A DNA stretch of 64,000 nucleotides. Origin: Solirubrobacteraceae bacterium. GTDB lineage: Bacteria; Actinomycetota; Thermoleophilia; Solirubrobacterales; Solirubrobacteraceae. The notes below the pieces were generated by a model that did not search any database, had not been told where the DNA came from, and saw nothing but the letters and a program-made list of their open reading frames with translations. Below, piece by piece: positions 56,964-64,000 of the stretch. The stretch covers positions 5,068-69,067 of the forward strand of contig JBIOTP010000097.1 of assembly GCA_044865965.1 (NCBI GenBank). Direction: 5' to 3'. Made by a program: the position numbers and the translations under genes. Every line of letters starts with the position of its first letter. The first letter of the stretch is position 1.

Positions 56964-57778
56964 CGGATGTTGAGGATGTCGGGGTGGGTGGCCAGCAGCG
57001 TCTGCGTGAACACGTAGTTGAACGCGAACACGCCGAGCGTGGAGATCACGACCGCCTGGTTGACGGCGCGGCCCACGCCCTCCGCGCCGCCGGACGCCGT
57101 CATGCCCTTGTAGCAGCAGACCACGGCGATGATGGCGCCGAACAGCGTGCACTTGAGGACCGAGCCCCAGAGGTCCGGGATCGACGCGTTGGTGAGCAGG
57201 TTCGCGACGAACGGGCCGACCGGCTGCTGGTTGACCGCGTTGGCGACGAGCCCGCCGAAGATGCCGAACAGCACGGCGTAGACGTCGAACAGGCCGGTGA
57301 CGACCATCAGCGCGAGGAAGCGCGGCACCACGAGATTCTTCACCGGGTCGACGCCGAGCACCTGCAACGCGTCGAGCTCCTCGCGGATCTTGCGGGCGCC
57401 CAGGTCGGCGGTGATCGCCGTCCCGGCCACGCCGGCGAGCACGATCGCGGTCACGAACGGGGCGAACTCGCGGATGCTCGCCAGCACGAAGAACCCGCCG
57501 AGGCGGTCGTTGGCGCCGAACAGCGTAAGGAAGTTCGAGGCCTGCAGCCCGGGCGCCGCGTAGCCGAACGCGATCGTCGAGACCACGAGCGGGAACCAGC
57601 ACAGCCGCAGCGCGAACAGGAACTGCTGGACGAACTCGTTGCCGTAGGGGTAGGGCGGGCGCAGGGCCGAGACGATCGTCTTGCCCGTGAGGATCATCAT
57701 GTCGCCCACTTCCTCGAGCAGGCTCTTGGCCGGTAGGAACGCTCGATCGGCGACGCTGCGAACCACGAATCTCCCCAC
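56960..57778 (-). CDS. YrbE/MlaE permease A
   Basis: ADLGARKIREELDALQVLGVDP, GGAEGVGRAVNQAVV. Confidence 0.93.
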   Translation of the reverse strand: MGRFVVRSVADRAFLPAKSLLEEVGDMMILTGKTIVSALRPPYPYGNEFVQQFLFALRLCWFPLVVSTIAFGYAAPGLQASNFLTLFGANDRLGGFFVLASIREFAPFVTAIVLAGVAGTAITADLGARKIREELDALQVLGVDPVKNLVVPRFLALMVVTGLFDVYAVLFGIFGGLVANAVNQQPVGPFVANLLTNASIPDLWGSVLKCTLFGAIIAVVCCYKGMTASGGAEGVGRAVNQAVVISTLGVFAFNYVFTQTLLATHPDILNIR

Positions 57779-57880
57779 TCCAGAGACGGCGCCGGACGAC
57801 CCGACGCTCCGTCATCCCGGGCAACAGGGCCCGAAGGTTATGCCACGGCGTATCGCTGTCTCAAACGAGAACCGTCGCCG

Positions 57881-58450
57881 TTACTTGCGCAAACGGGCGA
57901 GGAGAATGACGTCGACGCGCCTGCCCCGTTCCAGGTTGCGGGCGCGCATGATGCCCTCCTCCTGGAAGCCGAGCGACCGCGCGAGCGCCCGCGCGGCGGC
58001 GTTGTCCGGCGTCGTCATCACCTCGATCCGCTCGAGCTCGAGCGCCTCGAACGCCCAGGTGACCAGCAGCCCGACGGCCGTGCGTCCGACGCCGCGGCCG
58101 CGCGCTGCGCGCACCACCCAGTAGCCCAGCTCGGCGCGCCGGTGATGCCAGGCGAAGCTGTGCAGCATCACGTGGCCGAGGAACGGCCGGCCGGTCGCGT
58201 CGGTGATCGCGAGCCCGAGGTACCGGCCGCGGGCGCGCAGCCGCGCCAGGCGCGCGATGTAGCGCCGCGCCTCGAGCTCGTCCGGGTCCTCCTCGGCGCC
58301 GACGTTGACCCCGAGCGCGGGGTCGTCCCTGAACGCCGCCGCGAACGGCGCGGCGTCGCGGGCGCGCATGCGCCGCAGCGCGACGCCGTCTCGCTGCAGG
58401 TGGTCGGGGACTTCGATGTAACGTCGCCGAATGTTCACCGCCGCGTCCAT
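57881..58450 (-). CDS. GNAT N-acetyltransferase (RimJ/RimL-like)
   Basis: AELGYW..ARGRGVG, NAAARALARSLGFQEEG. Confidence 0.88.
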   Translation of the reverse strand: MDAAVNIRRRYIEVPDHLQRDGVALRRMRARDAAPFAAAFRDDPALGVNVGAEEDPDELEARRYIARLARLRARGRYLGLAITDATGRPFLGHVMLHSFAWHHRRAELGYWVVRAARGRGVGRTAVGLLVTWAFEALELERIEVMTTPDNAAARALARSLGFQEEGIMRARNLERGRRVDVILLARLRK

Positions 58451-58547
58451 CGCGACGCCTCGTCCCGGCGACCACCGGCGGTGAACATGGCAGGCGAAAC
58501 CCTACTTACGCGAGGCTACCCCGGCCGCTGGTAACGTCGCCGGTCGC

Positions 58548-59141
58548 ATGAGAGGTGTCCTCGCGGTCGGCGTGCTCGCGGCGCTCGCCGCCGGCTGCGG
58601 CGGCAAGCGCCAGGACGCCGACGAGCCGAGCGGCTCGTTCCGCGTCGAGATCGTCAGCGCGTCGTTCCCGGCGCGCCAGCACGTCGCCGAGCCGGTCGCG
58701 CTGCGCCTGCGCGTGCGCAACCTCGACTCGCGCACGCTCGACAGCGTGGCCGTCACGGTCGAGACGGCCCCCGCCCGCCGCGGCGACGCCCCGATCGCGT
58801 TCGGCCAGCACGAGAGCGACGCCCGCCTGGCCGACTCCGGCAAGCCGATCTGGGTGCTCGACGAGGGCCCGCAGCGTGGCGACACCGCGATGGTCAACAC
58901 CTGGTCCGCCGGCGCCCTGCGCCCGGGCGCGACGCGCGAGATGGTGTGGCGGCTGGTGGCCGCCAAGGCCGGCACTTACACCGTCGCCTACAGCGTCTCG
59001 CCGGGGCTCAACGGCAAGGCGCGTGCGCGCGGCGCGCGTACCCGCGGGTCGTTCCGGGTGACGATCCTCGACACCCCCGTGCCCGCGCGGGTGGGGCCGA
59101 ATGGCGAGGTGATTCGGGGGGACGGCGCGGGCGGCCGCTGA
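58548..59141 (+). CDS. Lipoprotein of unknown function (Ig-like)
   Basis: Lipobox LAAGC. Confidence 0.75.
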   Translation: MRGVLAVGVLAALAAGCGGKRQDADEPSGSFRVEIVSASFPARQHVAEPVALRLRVRNLDSRTLDSVAVTVETAPARRGDAPIAFGQHESDARLADSGKPIWVLDEGPQRGDTAMVNTWSAGALRPGATREMVWRLVAAKAGTYTVAYSVSPGLNGKARARGARTRGSFRVTILDTPVPARVGPNGEVIRGDGAGGR

Positions 59142-59148
59142 GGGCGCC

Positions 59149-59465
59149 GGCGAACGTCAAAAGCGGGCAAGTGAGGAGGGGGGCGCGGGCCGCCTCGCCG
59201 ATCCGCGCGCGATCGCCCGCTCACGTCGTCCGAAGGCTCGAGATCGATCACGTTCGGTCGGCCCGCGGAGGGGTGCGTCAATTGAGTTCGACCAGGTCGA
59301 ACTAGATTTCCACACCCCTGCGCGGCGATGATCGTTTCGGGCTCGCGCGCCGATCCGGGCTCCCCTCTCACCTGCAAGAAGTTCGCCGAGCCCGCCCGCA
59401 CGGCGCGGTGATCGCGCGCGCTCGCGCACCACTTCGGGCTCCCTCCTCACCTGCAAGAAGTTCGC
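59149..59465. repeat. Composite intergenic repeat: 79-bp direct duplication, inverted homologous arm and central palindrome
   Basis: CTCACCTGCAAGAAGTTCGC ending 59386 and 59465; AGTTCGACC-A-GGTCGAACT 59285-59303. Confidence 0.65.
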
Positions 59466-59983
59466 TAGAAGCAGAACAGGGACACGCCTTGCAGGAGCAC
59501 CAGCGCGAGGTGCCCGGGCACAACCAGGACGATCCCGAGCCACGCAACGATCGCAACTCCACCCGGCCGCGGCCGCAGGCGAACGCGGCGCCGCGCGAAG
59601 GACAGCGCCGCGAGCACCAATACGGCGAGCACGATCAGAGGCCCGCCGACCGCGAGCCCCAGCAGCCCCGGGATCGCGACGAAGACGAAGACCGCGGGGA
59701 ACACGAGGCACGTGACCGCGAGCGCAGCGGCCACGCCCAGCGCCACGCGGGTGGCGCGGCTGTCGCTCATGTGCCACACGATCGCGCCCAAGACCAGCAG
59801 CGCGAACAGGTGCAGCGGGATCGCGCCGGCCTGGTAGGCGTCCATCGCCGCCTCCGAGGGACCGTCGCCGCAGGAGGCGACGGGCGGCGTCCGCACGACC
59901 CAGAACGTCAGGCCGAGGACCGCCGCCAGCGCCCCCATGACGGCAAGCGCCGCCATGGGGCCGACTCGCTGAAGGGCGCGCAT
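59465..59983 (-). CDS. Membrane hypothetical protein
   Basis: About 5 hydrophobic segments; start uncertain. Confidence 0.6.
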   Translation of the reverse strand: MRALQRVGPMAALAVMGALAAVLGLTFWVVRTPPVASCGDGPSEAAMDAYQAGAIPLHLFALLVLGAIVWHMSDSRATRVALGVAAALAVTCLVFPAVFVFVAIPGLLGLAVGGPLIVLAVLVLAALSFARRRVRLRPRPGGVAIVAWLGIVLVVPGHLALVLLQGVSLFCF

Positions 59984-60013
59984 CCCTCCCTTATCGGAGG
60001 AAGCGCGGCGAGG

Positions 60014-60223
60014 TTACGCCGAGATCGTCTGGACCTGGACGGCCTTCGGGCCCTTGGGCCCGTTCTCGGACTCGTAGGACACGCGCGCGCCCTGGGCGAG
60101 CGTGCGGAACCCGTCCGAGACGATGCCGCTGTGGTGGACGAAGAGGTCCTTGCCCTGGTCGTCCGGGGTGATGAAGCCGAAGCCCTTGTCGTCGTTGAAC
60201 CACTTGACGGTTCCGGTAGCCAT
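60014..60223 (-). CDS. cspA: Cold-shock protein
   Basis: [21 protein letters not shown]; GGAGG RBS. Confidence 0.95.
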   Translation of the reverse strand: MATGTVKWFNDDKGFGFITPDDQGKDLFVHHSGIVSDGFRTLAQGARVSYESENGPKGPKAVQVQTISA

Positions 60224-60374
60224 GCTGGCCTCCACGAGGTACTGAGTGCTGCTTACGCGGAGGTGCTGGTATAGCGACGACTGCGTGCTGCGGCACTGCT
60301 CTCATTCGCCGGATCTACGCCGGCCTTGCGGGGCGGCACGCTAGCACGCCGCGCCGTGGCGCGGAAGTGACGGT

Positions 60375-60722
60375 TCACCGGACGCTTACGCGCTCGCACC
60401 CCCGCAGCCGGTCGCGCCGGTCCGCGCGGACCGCGTCGCGGCCCGCGCCGCAGCGGACCACGTCGCGCTCTCCGTCGCGCACATCGATCGTGTCGTTGCC
60501 GGCCCCGGACTCGATGCGGTCGCGCCCCGCGCCTCCGGCGATCCGGTCGGCGCCGGCGCCCGTGACGATCCCGTCGTAGCCGGCGCCGCCGTCGACGCGG
60601 TCCGCGCCGGCTCGGTGGCGATCTCGTCGTCGCCGTCGCCGCCGTCGATCCGCGCGCGCGATCGCGCCGGGCGCCGGCAGCGCCGCGAGCATCAGCAGAC
60701 CGAGCATCCATGCGCGCGGCAT
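60375..60722 (-). CDS. Small secreted RTX-repeat calcium-binding protein, possibly degenerate
   Basis: GGAGxD repeats; one repeat is out of frame at ~60612-60652. Confidence 0.55.
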   Translation of the reverse strand: MPRAWMLGLLMLAALPAPGAIARADRRRRRRRRDRHRAGADRVDGGAGYDGIVTGAGADRIAGGAGRDRIESGAGNDTIDVRDGERDVVRCGAGRDAVRADRRDRLRGCERVSVR

Positions 60723-60766
60723 CTGGGATCAGTAAACCGGTCACCGGGCGCGGCGATGCGGCGGCG

Positions 60767-61951
60767 TTACCGATGCAGGCGCGGGGCGATGATCCGGTAG
60801 GCCTTCAGCCCGAGCCCCAGGCGCTCGCGATCCTCGCTGAGCAGCGGGTCGAGCCCGGTCAGCTCCTTCACGCGCTCGAGGCGGTAGGCCACCGTGTGCC
60901 GGTGCGCGTAGATCGCGGCGGCGGTCGCGTTCATGTTGCAGTTGCGCTCGAGGTAGGCCGACAGCGTGCCCACCAGATCCGTCGCGTACTGCGCGTCGTA
61001 CGCCACCAGGGGCGCCACCGTGTCGTCGTAGAAGGACCGCACCTCCTCCGGATGCGACGCCAGCACCCGGAACAGCAGCCGGTAGGTGCCGGTCCCGATG
61101 TCCTCGGCGATCGGCACGTCGGAGCGGCGCAGGACGTCGAGCACCAGCTCCGCCTCCTGGATCGCGCGCCCCAGATCGGCCACGTCGGTATAGAACGACG
61201 ATACGCCCACCGTCCCGTGCCGCTGCAGCCGCGCCGCCAGCCGGCGCGCCGCCTCAAGCGTGGCCGCCCCGTCCTCGCCCGGCAGCAGCGCGTACACGCG
61301 GCCCGCGCCGGGGCCCTCCATGTGCTGCGCGAGCGCCCCCGGGTGCTCGCCGGCGATCGTCGCCACAACGTGCCGCGGCCGCTCCGAGGACAGCTCGGCG
61401 CAGAGCGCCACCGCCCCGCGCGAGAGGTCGCAGCCGAGCCGCGCCGCGCGCCGCAGGACGTCGTCGGGATCGAGGTCCTCGCGCCCCCGCAGCTCCTCGA
61501 GAAACGAGCCGCGCAGGTTCTGCTCGACCTCGAGGCGCGCCTCCTCGACCGCGACCTCCGTCAGGCACGCGACGGCGGCGACGTGCAGGAACTCGAGCGC
61601 GTCGGACCCGGGCTCGTCCGGGCCGAGCAGCAGGACCGCGCCGAGCCGGTCGTCGCCCGAGGCGATCGGCACCTCGGCCGTCACGCCCGCCGGCACCGCC
61701 GCCGTGCGCCCGCGCAGGCGCTCGCCGACGTAGCGGCGCACCGCCTCCAGCTCGGCCATGGGCGCGGACGCCGTCGCGGCGCCCAGCCGCGGGACGACGA
61801 TCGCGACCATGCCGCCCGTCTCGCCGGCCGCCAACACCGCGACGCCTTCCAGGCCGTCGCCGGAGAGCACCGCGTCGACCATCCGCAGGTGGACGGCCCG
61901 CAGCCGCTCCGCCACGGTGGCGCCGTGTCCGCCCGCCGACTGCGCCTCCAT
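60767..61951 (-). CDS. PucR/CdaR-family transcriptional regulator
   Basis: LVAYD...LVGTLSAYL..N.NATAAAIYAHRHTVAYRLERV; start uncertain. Confidence 0.9.
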   Translation of the reverse strand: MEAQSAGGHGATVAERLRAVHLRMVDAVLSGDGLEGVAVLAAGETGGMVAIVVPRLGAATASAPMAELEAVRRYVGERLRGRTAAVPAGVTAEVPIASGDDRLGAVLLLGPDEPGSDALEFLHVAAVACLTEVAVEEARLEVEQNLRGSFLEELRGREDLDPDDVLRRAARLGCDLSRGAVALCAELSSERPRHVVATIAGEHPGALAQHMEGPGAGRVYALLPGEDGAATLEAARRLAARLQRHGTVGVSSFYTDVADLGRAIQEAELVLDVLRRSDVPIAEDIGTGTYRLLFRVLASHPEEVRSFYDDTVAPLVAYDAQYATDLVGTLSAYLERNCNMNATAAAIYAHRHTVAYRLERVKELTGLDPLLSEDRERLGLGLKAYRIIAPRLHR

Positions 61952-62024
61952 CGCCACGTGCACACTCCCTCCTTCGTGAGCGGGGCGGCCAGAGACGGCC
62001 GCCCCGCACGACACGACCTTGCGC

Positions 62025-62402
62025 TCAGCCGGCCGCCTGGGCGGCGGCGACCTCCGGGTGAGCCTGCAGGGTCTCCTCGCCGGACTCGCCCGTGCGGATC
62101 CGGTAGGCCTCCTCGACCGGCATCACGAACACCTTGCCGTCCCCGATCGAGCCGGTGCGCGCGTGCCGCAGGATGGCCTCGACCACCGCCTGCACGTCGC
62201 GGGTGGCCACGACGCACTCGAGCTTGACCTTCGGCCGCAGCCAGTTGGTCAGCTCGGCGCCGCGGTAGCGCTCGGTGATCCCCTTCTGGCGCCCGGAGCC
62301 CTTGACCTCCGAGATCGTCAGCGAGGGGAATCCCATGCTCAGGAGCTCCATCCGGATCGGCTCGAACGCCTCGTGCCGGATGAACGCCTCGACTTTCTTC
62401 AC
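62025..62402 (-). CDS. glnK: P-II nitrogen regulatory protein
   Basis: GRQKG, PKVKLE, ARTGSIGDGKVFV, RIRTGESG; GTG 62402 overlaps the amtB stop. Confidence 0.93.
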   Translation of the reverse strand: MKKVEAFIRHEAFEPIRMELLSMGFPSLTISEVKGSGRQKGITERYRGAELTNWLRPKVKLECVVATRDVQAVVEAILRHARTGSIGDGKVFVMPVEEAYRIRTGESGEETLQAHPEVAAAQAAG

Positions 62403-63886
62403 GCTGGGACCTCCCGGGGAGTCGTGGCCACCGGCACCGCGGGCTGCGCGGCCGGGTGAGCGGCCGGCGCATAGCCCACGAGCTCGGGGGCCGGGATGAA
62501 CTGCTCGGGATACCCGTACATGCCATGCTCGGAGATGTCCAGCCCGGCGTCCTCCTCCTCGGCGCTGACGCGCAGGCCGACGGTCTTCTTGATCGCCCAG
62601 AACGTCGCGAACGACAGCGTGAACACGAACGCGAACGCCGACGCCACGCCCAGGCACTGGGCGAAGAACTGGTGCAGCGAGCCCGAGTACACGAGGCCGG
62701 GATCGCCGACCGCGTTGTACTCCGCCAGGCGCGGCGCCGTGAAGAGGCCGCACGAGATCGTGCCCCAGATGCCGGCGAGTCCATGTGCGGACAGCGCGCC
62801 CACCGGGTCGTCGATCCACTTGTCGATCGCCACCACGCCGAGCACGACGATCACGCCGGCGACCGCGCCGATGATCGGCGCCGCCCACAGCTCCACATAC
62901 CCCGACGGGGCCGTGATCGCGACCAGCGCCGCGATCGCGCCGTTGCCGGCCATGCCGATGTCGATCTTCTTGACGCGCAGCCACATCACGGCGACCGCGG
63001 ACAGCACGCCGGCGGCGGCGGCCAGGTTGGTGACCATCGCGATCTCCGGGAAGCGCCCGTCCAGCGCCTGCAGGCCCGAGCCCGGGTTGAACCCGAACCA
63101 GCCCAGCCACAGGATCAGGATGCCGAGCCCGAACAGCGGCATCGAGTGCCCCGGGATCGCCCGCGGCTTGCCCGCTCGGTCGTACTTGCCGCGGCGCGGG
63201 CCGAGCAGCAGCAGGGCCGCGAACGCCCCGGTGGCGCCGATCAGGTGGACGACGGTCGAGCCCGCGAAGTCCTGCATGCCGAACTTCGACGACAGCCAGC
63301 CGCCGCCGAAGATCCAGTGCGCGCCGATCGGGTAGATGACCGCCGCGAAGACGATCGCGTAGATGATGTAGACGCCGAACTTGATCCGCTCGAGCGTCGT
63401 CCCCCAGACGATCGCGAGCGAGACGGCGCAGAACACGAACTGGAAGAACCACAGCGTCTCCACGGTCACGTGGCCGGTGGAGTCGCCGCCCGAGTAGGCG
63501 AGCGGGAAGCTCGCGCCGGCGTTGTCGCCGGCCAGGAAGAAGCCGTGGGTGCCGATGAAGCCCGGGCCGTCGCCGAACGCGAAGGCCATGCCGACGGCGT
63601 AGAACATCAACCCCGCGATCGAGAAGTTCACGAGGATCTTGGCGACCACCGTGCCGGCGTTCTTGCCGCGCGAGAAGCCGATCTCCAGGAAGGCGAAGCC
63701 CGCCTGCATGAACATGACGAGGATGCCGGCGACCAGCACCCAGATCGAGTTGATCCCGATCGCGTCCGGCAGCTTCCCGGCGTTCACGAGGTCCAGCGTG
63801 TGACCATCGGCGAGCGCCGCGGCCGGCACCGCCAGGGTCGCGAGCAGTCCGGCCCCCATGCCGGCCGCCCAACGCATGCTGCGCAT
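62399..63886 (-). CDS. amtB: Ammonium transporter
   Basis: MQAGFAFLE, DFAGSTVVH, LWLGWFGFNPGS, DDPVGALSAHG; GAGGAGG RBS before ATG 63886. Confidence 0.97.
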   Translation of the reverse strand: MRSMRWAAGMGAGLLATLAVPAAALADGHTLDLVNAGKLPDAIGINSIWVLVAGILVMFMQAGFAFLEIGFSRGKNAGTVVAKILVNFSIAGLMFYAVGMAFAFGDGPGFIGTHGFFLAGDNAGASFPLAYSGGDSTGHVTVETLWFFQFVFCAVSLAIVWGTTLERIKFGVYIIYAIVFAAVIYPIGAHWIFGGGWLSSKFGMQDFAGSTVVHLIGATGAFAALLLLGPRRGKYDRAGKPRAIPGHSMPLFGLGILILWLGWFGFNPGSGLQALDGRFPEIAMVTNLAAAAGVLSAVAVMWLRVKKIDIGMAGNGAIAALVAITAPSGYVELWAAPIIGAVAGVIVVLGVVAIDKWIDDPVGALSAHGLAGIWGTISCGLFTAPRLAEYNAVGDPGLVYSGSLHQFFAQCLGVASAFAFVFTLSFATFWAIKKTVGLRVSAEEEDAGLDISEHGMYGYPEQFIPAPELVGYAPAAHPAAQPAVPVATTPREVPA

Positions 63887-64000
63887 CGATCCTCCTCTGT
63901 CGAACAGCATTCGCGGAGGAGTGTCGGGCGCGACCCGGGGGGCTTCATTGTCCCGGTGTCGAAGATTCCCTCGCCGGCTTTCTCCCTGCGGTCGAGCGGG

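Noticed and set aside
59356-59465. Possible CRISPR repeat pair
   Set aside because: Only two copies, and the intervening sequence is itself part of a 79-bp duplication.
418-63872. Very long Arg/Gly/Pro-rich ORFs in the track (e.g. 418..2793, 19646..22987, 31213..34887, 35595..40076, 43604..46687)
   Set aside because: Shadow frames caused by high GC; they overlap well-supported genes and only sub-segments are real CDS.

Overview
A very GC-rich actinobacterial chromosome segment. Gene content and style suggest class Thermoleophilia (Solirubrobacterales/Conexibacter-like); this is inference, not a database result. About 60 credible CDS were identified, and most long ORFs in the supplied track are antisense or GC shadow frames. 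No rRNA, tRNA, CRISPR array, integrase or transposase was seen. Housekeeping content: a cyclase-tilS-hpt-ftsH block, cobB, beta-oxidation genes, a Ca2+/H+ antiporter, a TPP riboswitch with a thiamine/HMP ABC transporter, alkA, an mIHF-like gene, cspA and amtB-glnK. The most notable signal is lipid-centred. A compact candidate sphingolipid cluster (36345-39405) encodes serine palmitoyltransferase, a YghO/bCerS-type ceramide synthase and a eukaryote-like FA2H/Scs7 alpha-hydroxylase. About 3 kb away is a 15 kb operon with yrbE x2, mceG, six mce genes, an MMPL/RND exporter, a redoxin-like gene and a B3/4-like gene. Other candidates: a lipid-granule-like operon (PhaE/PhaR-like, phasin-like, SCP2), a GET3/ArsA-HSP20 cluster, two putative structured RNAs (298-460; ~6160-6297), a permease-SBP fusion with an internal lipobox, a P-II protein lacking Tyr51, and many short tandem duplications and palindromes.
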